Part shown: in pieces, positions 24,482 through 35,535 of the stretch
How the letters are laid out: every line of letters starts with the position of its first letter
Position numbering within the stretch: the first letter of the stretch is position 1
Source of the DNA: Basidiobolus meristosporus CBS 931.73
Taxonomy: Eukaryota; Fungi; Basidiobolomycota
Length of the DNA: 64,000 nt
Reading direction: 5' to 3'
Assembly: GCA_002104905.1 (NCBI GenBank)
Contig: MCFE01000226.1
Location: 1-64,000 of the forward strand
Position numbers and translations under genes: made by a program
The notes under the pieces: generated by a model
The model's database searches: none
What the model was told of the DNA's origin: nothing
Seen by the model: only the letters and a program-made list of their open reading frames with translations

Positions 24482-25518
24482 GTGCCTAGGAATATCCCAG
24501 AAGTGATCATTCCAGTATCAAATGCTAGAAGATCCAACCAGACAAGAAATAGCCCAGATTTCTACATTAATGAGGGTACAAACTTAGCCTATGCCTATTT
24601 AGTCCATATTGATGAGCTGCAGGCTGTAAAAGAGGCCCCAAATAGCCCTCAGACAAAGTTTTGGAGATCTGCAATGACTGAGGAATATCAGGCCCTTGTG
24701 GAAAATCAAACTTGGGACTTAGACAAGTTATCAATCAACCAAAAGTCAATTGGCTGCAGATGGGTCTTTAAGACAAAATACAATCCATAAGATACAATAG
24801 AAAGATACAAATCAAGACTTGTGGCCAAGAGATATTCTCAAACAAAAGGACTTGACTGTACTAAGACCTTTGCATGGGTAGACAAGTATAAATCTGTCAA
24901 ATGAATATTAGCTATTGCAGCCAAATATAAGATATTTATATATTAAATGGTTGTAAAAGCTGCACCTTTGACTGCAGACCTTGATGAGGATGTGCATATG
25001 AGCCAGCTTGAAGGGTTGGCTGGCCAAAATGACTCCAACTTGGTGTGCAAGCTTAATATATCACTGTATGGATTCAAGAAATCACCAAGAGCCTGGAATT
25101 GCAAGATAGATTCTTATGTGGAATCATTGAGTTTCAAAGGAATAATGCTAACTATTGCATATACTACAAGCTAAATAGAGCAAGTCCAGCTCTATTAATT
25201 CTGTATGTGGATGAGCTTGTTATATCACTAATAACCTTGAAACATTTGAAATGACTAAGTCCAGCATATCAAAGGAGTTCAAGATGTCCAATCTATACAA
25301 TCAGGTAGAAATCCAACTTTTGATGCTAGAACCAAGCACATAGATATTGAGCATCATTTCATATCTAATGCTACAGATAATAGCTTAGTTTGCTTAGTCT
25401 ACTATCCTTTGGAGGAAATCATTTTAGTCATATTTACTAAACCATTACCTAGAGACAAGTTTAAGTTTCTTAAGTCAAAACTAAGACTAGTCAACATGAG
25501 TATTTAGTTGAGTAGGAG
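24482..25518 (+). mobile_element. Ty1/copia RT and RNase H remnant ending in a polypurine tract
   Basis: WRSAMTEEYQALVENQTWDL...IGCRWVFKTKYN, LDEDVHMSQLEG...VCKLNISLYGFKKSPRAWN and a KHIDIEHHFI-like segment; many stops; TTGAGTAGGAG directly precedes LTR start TGTTG at 25519. Confidence 0.85.
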
Positions 25519-26606
25519 TGTTGTCAAAAGTTTGTAATTCCACCTAAATATTCCCCTAACTTAGTCACTTGGATCAGTACCATTGAATCCTAGAAAATAC
25601 TGACCAAATTCCTTGTTGGGATTTACTTAGAATATATTCATCAAAATATCAGGTACCCAGAACATGGAAATTCTCAGAGTTGCCTAAACAGCCCCAAAAT
25701 TTGCACACATGCTCTTGGGACTTTCCTAGGCCTGTTATATATGTGTAAGTTATGCCAAGACCATGTAAAGGTATAAATACTATATTTAAACTCAATAGAC
25801 TTGTTTTGTTGGGTGGTGCCACATTGTGCCATGAGTGCCAAATGATGCCATAGTGTGCCAGAGAGGCCATGTGAGCCTATAATTGGCCACAGAGTGTGAA
25901 ACATAGCTCTGCATCTTCATGCAAAGCAGCCCCTGTGTTTCACCTGGGATGCAGGAGAAAATCCATTTTTTGACCTTTTTTTTTGGGTCAATGTTGTGCA
26001 GAATGTGTAGGAGCACAAAAGGATTGAAGACATGCATCAGGCACTCAATACCCGTGGCACTCTGAATCTAACTCCTGTGGCTTGTAACATGTCAGAAAAA
26101 TGCATGGCACTATCTAGGTCCACTGGTACTATCTGGCACTATAAGTGCTTTGTGTAGATCTTACTTTGAGGCTAATGATTAAATATAGTGCCAGATAGTA
26201 CCAGTGGACCTAGATAGTGCCATGCATTTTTCTGACATGTTACAAGCCACAGGAGTTAGATTCAGAGTGCCACGGGTATTGAGTGCCTGATGCATGTCTT
26301 CAATCCTTTTGTGCTCCTACACATTCTGCACAACATTGACCCAAAAAAAAAGGTCAAAAAATGGATTTTCTCCAACACAATAAATGAAACACAGGGGTGG
26401 CTTTGTATAAAGATGCAGAGCTATGTTTCACACTCTGTGGCCAAGTATAGGTTCACTTGGCCTCCCTGGCACACTATGGCATCATTTAGCACTCATGGCT
26501 CAATGTGGCACTATCCAATGGAACAAGTCTAATGAACTGATAAGTGAAATCACATAATCTATTTGCCATCCCTATCACTTTTAGCATCTTCAAGACTCCT
26601 GCAACA
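25519..26606 (+). mobile_element. Copia 3' LTR interrupted by a foldback insertion
   Basis: Starts TGTTG at 25519, breaks at ~25792, resumes at ~26535 and ends CAACA at 26606; homologous to solo LTRs at 29902 and 61536. Confidence 0.65.
25793..26534. repeat. Foldback (hairpin) element with ~350-bp arms and a 40-nt loop
   Basis: 25954-26143 is the exact reverse complement of 26184-26373 (checked base by base); outer ~160 bp match at roughly 85%; rich in GTGCCA/TGGCAC motifs. Confidence 0.9.
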
Positions 26607-28200
26607 TACTCTGTATTTATTGTGCCAAGATCATGTAAAAGTATAAACACTACTTCTACACTCAAAAATCATTGAGTGAAACCACATAATCTACTTATTC
26701 TTGCAATTGCTTTCAATGTCTTCAAGACTATTACAACAGATTATGAGCCACATGCTGTCACTCCCTGCAATGTCTACTACTGCTATTACTGGAATTTTCC
26801 CCTCTGCTGAAAATTTGGATGGATCTCACTACCAAGTGTAGAAGGAGAAGATGACAGTGCTGCTATAAGAAAGAAGCCTATGGGATATTGTAATGGGAGA
26901 CAAATGCCCTCCTAAAGGCATGGGAGGAAGCCTTGACGTTCCAGAAGAAAGAACAAAGTGCCCTTAGCTGCATTTGCCTCAAGGTTAAAGCCAAATTGCT
27001 AACTCAATGCTCAAGAGTAAAAACAGCAAAAAATGCCAGGGAGGCATTAGAAGACACATGCCAGTCATGTGCAGCTGCTCAGAAAACATAGCTTGGCTAA
27101 AAATTCTTTACCACAAAGATGCTGCTAGGAGAAGAAATGAAAAATCTAATTAGCAGAATTAACCTGCTGGCAGATGAGATGGAATCTGTGGGTGTACCAA
27201 CCACTGATGAAGATGCAACAGTTATAATCCTGAATAGCCTGACGGACACATTGCAGTGTCTTGCCTCAGCCCTAGAGTCCAGAAGTGAAGATTGGACCTT
27301 AAACTATGTATATAGAAGGCTCCTGGATGAAGAATTGAAAATATTAGGTGCCAATAAGTAGGAAAAAGAAAATGCATTCTTAAGGAATGACAACCAGCAA
27401 AGGAGGTACCCAGGATCTTTAAAAGGTTATAGCAACCTGCTTTGCAACTACTGCAAAAGGAAAGGACACACATCAGATTGTTCTTAGTAAGGAGAGATCA
27501 TCTGTGGACAAAGCCTAAAATACATGGCTGATGGTACAGTTGAAAGTTACAAAGCAAGACTTGTGGACAAGGGATACTCTCAAACAAAAGGACTTGACTA
27601 TTCTGAGACTCTTCCACTGGTAGCCAAGTTTAATTCCATCAGATCAATGTTGGCTATTGCAGCCAAGTATAAGTTTCTTATGCATTAAATGGTTATAACA
27701 ACTGCATTTTAAATGGAGAGCTTGATGAGGATATGTATATAAGCCAGCCTGATGGGCTTATTAACCTTGATAGCCCCCATTTGGTCTGCAAGCTTAATAA
27801 ATCTCTATATGGACTCAAAAAATTGCCAAGAGCCTGAAATTGCAAGAAAGATTTTTATTTGGAATTATTGAGTTTCAATGTAGCAATATTGACAATAGTA
27901 TATACTAGAAGCCTGATAGAGCAAATCTAGCTCTATTGACTCTATATGTGGATGATCTTATTATTACCACCAATAACCTTGAAACATTGGAAGCAAATAA
28001 GACCAGCATATCAAAGGAGTTCAAGATGTCCAATCCAGGAGAACTCAGTTACTACTTAGGGATAAGGTTCTCAAATGACAGATGTACCCAGACTATCACC
28101 CTAAGCAAATCCAAGTATATTCAAGATAAACTAAAGAAGTGTCAAACAGAAGACTGTAAACTGGATATTAGCTATTGTTTACTTTGTGCAGCTGTAGAGA
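26607..28200 (+). mobile_element. Internally deleted Ty1/copia element: partial LTR, PBS, gag, then RT
   Basis: CAACA-GATTATGAGCC at 26734-26750. ATG 26770 reads ...ENLDGSHYQV*KEKM; gag-like MLLGEEMKNLISRINLLADEMESVG...IILNSL; then RT motifs (KARLVDKGYSQ, LYVDDLII). No protease or integrase seen between gag and RT. Confidence 0.8.
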
Positions 28201-29901
28201 ATAACTTGGTTAACAGTTGCTCATCTTTGCACTGGAAACTGCAACCAAGAACTTGGAAGAAAAGCACCAGCTGAAGATCAGCAAAATACCATTAGAGCAC
28301 CAGCTCAAAATCAGGTACACTCCAACATTGGAACTTCTTGAGCAGTCTTTGCCAAAATTTACATGAAGCTTTTTGACCAAAATATCAAGTACCCAGAACC
28401 AGAGATGTATTAAAGTTGTCCAAATCACCCTGAACTTTGCATATGTGCTCTAATGATATTCTGTCACCCACTCTGGGCACATATTATAGCAAGACCCACT
28501 TATGGAAGATTGCATGGTTGTTGCACCTTGGACCTTTTGCATATGTTTCATTAGTATTCAGCTGGTGTATTTGCCTCATATTTCTGTTTTAATATTAAGT
28601 AGATGTAGTATAATATATCCCAAGTAAGGCCTCATAAGGAATTTAACAAGAATTCTCTAGATGGCTTTACCAAGGACCACTCAAAGGGAAATATATAGTA
28701 AACTGTTTTAGAAAATATTTTGTGAAAGCCATTGAATCCATTTGTTGTGCCAATTACTTTTGCTGTCTGTTATACTGTAACAGTTACTTAGTTATACCTG
28801 TATTGAAAAGGTAGCTTACCTGACTATTATAGCTCACAGAGCCTGAACTTAGTACAAAAGGAACCTGGAAAATAGACCTGTTTCATCATATTGTGCCACA
28901 TAGAGCCATGAGTGCCAAATAGTGCCATTATTTGTCAAAAGGCCACAGCAGACTTGTCTAGCATGCCAGCATCTTAAGGCTGTCATATCATGGGATTAGC
29001 AGGAACTGAAGGCCAAGCCAAATGCACTTGATCTGCTCCATGAGCATTATCATGGAGTCCAACAAGCAACCAGACTTTTAGCAAGCACTGTCATGCCAGA
29101 GAGCATCATAGGAGTAGTAGAAACTTTCAGAGGCAGAAATACAAGGGTCTCATGGCTACAAACAGGTGGTTTTCTTAGACAGTAATAAAGGCAAGGGGAA
29201 AAGATAAAGGAAAATAAGTCTGCCCAAGCAAGAGTCAGAGACAGGAGGGAATAGAAATGCAGCTCTGAACAATTAATACCAACAACCTAGAGCAGCCTGA
29301 ATCTTATTATAGCCAGGAAGAAATACCCACAAGACAACTTTTGTTTTTACAAGAGTTGAAAGTGTAGCCTGCTAAGCTATACTCCAGCAAGATAGATGAG
29401 TTTTCAGGGAAGAGTAATATGTCTACAACAGCCAACAGTGGGATTTTGGGGTAGTAACAGGCTCATCAAGAGGGTGCAGCACTTCCTCAAGAGCAGTGAT
29501 CAAGAAAATGCACTTGACTAGTGCTGCATTGCTACTTGACTGAGTGCTTCTTGTATAGTTCTACATTTTTTTCCAGTAAATGCTACACTGGGATATCTGT
29601 TTCCACCAGCTTGTTCTTTAAAGGCACTATTCCAGCTACATAAAGTTTCTTTGCCACTGGTTTTATCACTCAGCCCTGCTTGTGATGGGCTCTTGAGAAA
29701 GCCTCTAGTTTTTAGCTGTTGCACCCTTGCTCATCTGCCTATGTTTGTTTCTGCTACTATTGGCAACACATTTCCAGGTTTTCTGCTATACTATTAATTA
29801 CAAAAACAAGTGTTACAGACTATCTTTGATTCTCCCAATACCCCTCAAATTTTGCTTTGCACAAGAAGAACTTGAATGCAGTACAATATTACCCAAGAAA
29901 C

Positions 29902-30213
29902 TGTTGTGAGAGCTTTAAAGATGTTGGAAGTGATTGGGAGAACAAGTAGATTATGTGGTTTTCACTCAATGATTTATTGAATGTAAAAGCAGTATCTATA
30001 CTTTTACATGATCTTGGCATAAAAAACACTTAGATTATGTTTGGGAAGGTCCCACAAGCATGCGTGCAGAGTTTGGGGGGCTTTAACAGGTTCGAGAATA
30101 TTTATGTTTCAAGTACCAATATTCCAAGTAAATTCCAACAAGGAATTTAGTCGGTCTTCTCTAAGTGACTAGGTTAGGTGATTAGTTAGGTGGAATTCCG
30201 AATTTTTACAACA
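29902..30213 (-). mobile_element. Solo LTR with perfect 5-bp target-site duplication
   Basis: TGTTG...CAACA termini; GAAAC on both sides (29897-29901 and 30214-30218); reverse complement matches the LTR at 25519. Confidence 0.85.
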
Positions 30214-30551
30214 GAAACAAAGCTTAAGTTATATTTTTTACTCGAGAGATTCAAAAGCTCTTAGCTGGCTACTATACTTCTGTACCTTCTTGGTAAATTA
30301 AAGATTTCACCACTATACTCCCCGATGTTGGGGTTAATCAGCAGAACCTAGTAAAGGTAAGAATATAGATTTGTTCGGGAATATTAAGAGCAAAGTGGAT
30401 GGCAAAGTAAAGAGTTTATTACCGTTAATAGTAAACTTTTTATTTTCACTCAAGAATTGGAAAATCTTAGCATGAGACCTAGATATGACAGCAGTTGCAT
30501 TCGGATTTATTTATTTGCACATTGGATGGGAAATACTATATTGAAATAACC

Positions 30552-31731
30552 TTAATGGTCAAACACAATAACAGCCCGGAATCTTGGTTTACCGCTCATC
30601 ATATCATCAAAAGCCTGCTTCGCTTGGTCAATGGTATACGTCTGTATCAATGGCTTGGTGTTTGTCAATAAAGAGAAGTTCAACGCCTCTTCCGTATCCT
30701 ACAGTAACAGTTAGTATTTGAACGATGGTGGGCTCAGCATTCATTCCTGCTTACAGTTTGAGTCCCGCATGGCCATCCCCGAATCTGCGCTCTTTTGCCA
30801 ATCAACTTCAATGTGTCTACCTTTAAGGGCTCAGGCAGCATGGACACTATCAGCATGGTTCCATCGAATGCTAGTCCATCGATGAGCTTGGAAATATCTC
30901 CTCCAGGGGCAGTGACGATAATCAACTTCGCTCCTCCCAGCTTTGTAAGCTCTTGCACTGCATCGTGCTTAGATTGGTCGATGTACGAATGAGCACCCAA
31001 CTCAAAAGCCAGTTCTTGCTTGCTTGCTGAACTAGAGAGCGCTACCGTACGGTATCCAAATTTTTTGGCGTATTGAATGGCAAGGTGACCCAAGCCACCA
31101 ACCCCAACGACAGCACAAACATCGCCAGGCCGGAGATTGTTCATGTTTCTCATGGAGTTGTAGACGGTAACCCCAGCACATAGCAGAGGTGCTGCTTCAG
31201 CGGAGCAAAGATCTTCCGGAACTCTGCAAAGAGCACTTTGCTTAGCGATCATATATTGTGCGTAACCTCCATTAAATGTAATCCCTGTGGTCCAATGCTT
31301 CTCGCAATCAATGAAGGAGCCACGACGACACGCTTCACAAGTACTGCAATAGCCACCATTCCATCCGACACCAATTCTCATTCCCTCCGTATACATGGAG
31401 GAAACCTAAAATGGCAATTAGCAATGGTTGCGGTCAGCAAGTCAAAACCACTAACATTCTCTCCCAGTTTATGGATTTTGCCGACAACTTCATGTCCTGG
31501 CGTTGCTGGATATTTGATGCCAGGTAAGGAGTTATGTTGAGGAACGCAGTCACTTTCGCAAGTTTAGTATCTATGGATTGGATAGAGCTGATTTGGAAAC
31601 ACTTACCCATGGCATACGCCGCAGGCCTCAACTTTAATTAAGACTTCACCAGGACCCGGTGTTGGGATCGGCTTTTCCACGATTTCCAGGTCGCCTCCTG
31701 GCTTGCTAAAGACGGCACACTTCATAGACAT
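30552..31731 (-). CDS. Zinc-dependent medium-chain alcohol dehydrogenase (AdhP/CAD-like), 339 aa, 4 exons
   Basis: Exons 31607-31731, 31456-31552, 30755-31405, 30552-30698 sum to 1020 nt. GT-AG introns of 54, 50 and 56 nt with branch-like motifs. Motifs CGVCHGD, GHEVVG, CxxCxxCx7C, GVGGLG. Confidence 0.92.
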
Positions 31732-34314
31732 TTTCGAATGAGTGCTGAGCTCAAGCACGGAGGCATCCTATAAATATGTTACGGTTCGTGGTTCCTGGAC
31801 TCTGGGATGTACCAATGAGCATGAGTTTGATGATAATAAAAATCCACGGGCCATTACAATGTATGCTCAACACTAAAAGGATTCTTATGGGAGAACTGCA
31901 CCAAATCAGAGTCTGTTACAGGTCATTTAGGCCCGGACTCGGCCAGGTTCGGAGCTTTGAGATTACATGCACCGAGGTTTTTGATCTACCCTCCGAGGTG
32001 ACCCCCGCCATGGACCATTTCGAGATGACTGGTGCATGACGGATCCCATTCACAAATGATCGCTTACAAATTTGGGAGGATCTCCCGGACGCTGAGATAA
32101 GCATCCAATTTAGGGAAGTTTATGCGCCGGTCAGATTCTATATCGTACCAACATTATTTTTAGCTTCAGAATGGCTGCATGTTCTTACGTACGATTACTA
32201 GCTGAATATGGAATCGCACACAAGATAGGCTGACTTTACTTTTGGAATCCATGAGGATGGTAATATATACTTGGGCTCAACATAGGTGGATCGGTTGTCA
32301 ATTTCCTCCTGAACAATCACCTATATCGCCAAAAGAGAAGTCCATGTAGTGGCCAAAGGCATCGTCCACCCCTTCTAGCCCTTCAATGCTGGGAACAAAA
32401 ATCCCATCCTTTTGTATGGTTTGCCCGAGTACTTCATGAATTTAGTCAAGTATTCGACGAGATAGCAAAATAAGGAACTCACCATGATGGCTGAACATTT
32501 TATACAGTAGTACACTGAGAAGAGCAGCAACCAAGAATATTATAGGCAGAAGTAAGATGAGTAGACTTACCATGGTCTGAACCAACAACATGCGTAGCCT
32601 ATATCCACAACGTTAAATAACTCTTGTTGACCTCAGATGATATCGCCAAGATGTAACACAGGCGGCTGTGGAACCTTACTGCTAATTGGAAAGAATGGGT
32701 CTCCACGACAATAGAAAACCAATTCCTGGGGTTTGGCAAACATCTGACATGGTCTCGCTTACCACCAGGGTGATCACATGGGGTTTGGGTATTGTTGAGT
32801 ACAATGACTTTATCGGCATTTAGCTCATTAGTATACGAGGCAAGTGATGCTTCAGCCGGATTTTCTTGATACAAACCCCTGAGGTACGTTCAACTTTGAA
32901 TTTATGGATAGCGCTACCCTCTTTGATGGATATGTATCAGCACCAGGTAGTTGGATCACAGTGAAGGCGTCGTCAAGCCGTTTTTTATTTTTCGCCTTTC
33001 CCATTGCGGTCGTGATCTTGGCGGCACACATTGAGCGATACTCTATTCGAAACCAACCAGCTACCGATCTCTCGAAATCCTCCATCAGCTATGACATGAT
33101 CGATATCGCCGGCGTAAGAGTACAATACAATGGCTGCGAGCATCCTTGCATTCCAACTATCAAGTCAGCCTTCGCACAGACTTTTAAGACACCAGTATCA
33201 TCTCTTTTCCATCTCACCAGGCCTGGTCGACTGTCATTACATGGTGGTCATTTTGTACATGGCAAGCCTCGTAGTCTGGACATCATGATTGTTGAGCAGT
33301 GAGGTTGCATGATGTGGATAGCCCCTCGATATTTACGTTTGACTGGTCAAGTAAAGCCAGTCATTGCGCTCTGAATCCTCTCCCGCTCGCAATTGGTCGT
33401 ACCCCTGGCCATCACCACGAGTCAAAACCACGCGACAATGATCATGCCATCACACGCTACATTGATACCAATCAGTAGTTTGCGGAGCTGAATTCGTTGG
33501 ATCGCAAATAGAACGCCTTGTTTACAATGTTCGTGACATATTATATATATGTATTATATCCCCAAGCAATCTATCCATATTCCTCTTTTAATGGGCAATG
33601 GTTCTATAACGGAAGACATAGTTTCCCAGCTCCAAGTGGCCGCAGGTTCGAGTGTCTAAATGTTGGTACTCGATGACCTGAGCTTTCAGTGAATTTAGAG
33701 GTGTGCTTTCATATTCTCAAATTGTACAAGTGTATCGGCCAAACTGTCGAATCCTGATACTTCGGCACTGCTCTGGATGGGTGCAAAAAGACATCATTAG
33801 TGGTGGTTTTAAGAGTTTCGACGACTGCCTAGGAGCTACCTAGTTGGGCATTGATTACTTCTAGTAGCTAAAAGGGCTCACATGGCCATTTTCCCTCCCG
33901 CAACTCCCGCGAGTGTGGTTTATTGACCTAATATGGTAAAACATTTGGTTTTGCCGGGGTGTATCCAAGTCTTCTCATGAGTGAACAATTTAATGCGTAC
34001 ACGACAACATGCAATGCTGAGGTTCTGAATACAACTACTGGGATGGCGCTGATGTGTTGGATCTGTTCGTGATTGCGCAAATTAAAGCCAGGTTTAGGAT
34101 ATTCGTCCATCTCTATGTTATGGGTGGTGTTGAGTAACCAATCAGAGTCCAGAATGGTTGACAGTTTTCCTTGTTATTTTTGGCAAAAGCTTCAGTTGCG
34201 CGTCAGAATGCCGTCCAATTTGTCGAAGATTTGCCTTGTTGATTAATCTAGATTCAACGTGCTATCGGCCGCTGATATATAGTCCTAAGGGCGAGTACAC
34301 ACGATCATCAAACG

Positions 34315-35304
34315 ATGTTAGCGGTTGGAAACTTATCTGAATCATACGGACATAGAGGATTCTATCCGACACCGGGAAACCCCCCAACGACGTTTCACGC
34401 GTGGATGTTCTATGGTGCGCCTGCTCAAAACGCGGCACAAACGTACAAGAGATATACAATTGACGTGTTACGGACTCAATATTTCAACCTACTGGACGAT
34501 GGCAACTTACAGTTGGTGTACGAAGACTCAAGCGACCTGTACAATACGCAGAATGCCTACTCCGAAAGAAATATTGCTGAATTGAAGAGATTCTCAAAGG
34601 AGCAGCTTGTTACCATCTCTGGGCATATTTCCGGAATGCGACAGGCATTTTCGAAGCTATCAACCAACTCCACCCACATTATCCAAACCCTGGTGGATTT
34701 TGTTAACGATCACCGGCTAACCGGCATTGATATTGACTTCGAGAACTACAACCAATGGACGAGCAAAGATTACAGCGATTACAAAAGCTTCGTTACGTCT
34801 CTTGGTAAGAGGTTGCACGAGTCCAACAAGAAACTGGCCATTTGTGGCCCAATGTGGACATCAGAGGAGCCACCGTTCCAGTGGAAGTATGAAGATTTCG
34901 TGAACCTTCCCATCGACTATGTCACTCCAATGATCTACGATTATCAGTGGGATTACGGAGGCGGTGCGCCGATATGCCCTCTCGAATGGCTGAGAAAGTG
35001 GACGCTCAAGATGAAGAGGATATTCCATAGCGATCAGTTGGTAATTGGGCTACCCTCTTACGGGTACACCGCGAAACGAGGTAAATACAACATCAGAAAC
35101 CTAACTCTGCAGCAAATCAAAAGACTGGATGGATATCACGGCGGACGACGCGATAATTCTTCGGCAGAGGTCTTCAAATTCGTGGGAGATACAGTGTATG
35201 TTAGCATAGACCGGAAAGCGATCAACGCAAAACGGAGGGTAGTGGAGAGTTTAGGCGTACGACAAATCTCTGTTTGGCATTTGGGCGGAAATGATTGGTT
35301 CTGA
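34315..35304 (+). CDS. Glycoside hydrolase family 18 (chitinase-like TIM barrel), single domain
   Basis: Catalytic LTGIDIDFE (DxDxE), plus PMIYDY, VIGLPSYGY and terminal SVWHLGG motifs. Start uncertain: in-frame stop at 34273 and no obvious signal peptide. Confidence 0.85.
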   Translation: MLAVGNLSESYGHRGFYPTPGNPPTTFHAWMFYGAPAQNAAQTYKRYTIDVLRTQYFNLLDDGNLQLVYEDSSDLYNTQNAYSERNIAELKRFSKEQLVTISGHISGMRQAFSKLSTNSTHIIQTLVDFVNDHRLTGIDIDFENYNQWTSKDYSDYKSFVTSLGKRLHESNKKLAICGPMWTSEEPPFQWKYEDFVNLPIDYVTPMIYDYQWDYGGGAPICPLEWLRKWTLKMKRIFHSDQLVIGLPSYGYTAKRGKYNIRNLTLQQIKRLDGYHGGRRDNSSAEVFKFVGDTVYVSIDRKAINAKRRVVESLGVRQISVWHLGGNDWF

Positions 35305-35535
35305 ACCAAAGCTTAATACCGATTGACTACACGAGCCACTCTTAGTATGTTTGTTGACGTTAACACCATGACCATCGATCCTGAGGTGCTATTCCAGATG
35401 GAAAACCATTGTTATCAACATCACCAACGTTCACTTTGACTATAAGATTTACTCTTTATTACGATGATTAATACAGGGGAACATGCTCCCAAGATATGCT
35501 GATAATGATTAAAAGGATGGATGGACATACAGGAT

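Larger units (their letters stand above)
21105..29900. mobile_element. AT-rich, CpG-depleted block of nested degenerate transposons
   Basis: Almost no CpG over ~9 kb; multiple related LTR pieces (starts at 24039, ~24258, 25519, ~28380) and broken copia gag/RT frames. Confidence 0.85.

Noticed and set aside
25792-26532. Twin 80-aa ORFs MHVFNPFVLLH...
   Set aside because: By-product of the inverted repeat; no coding signature.
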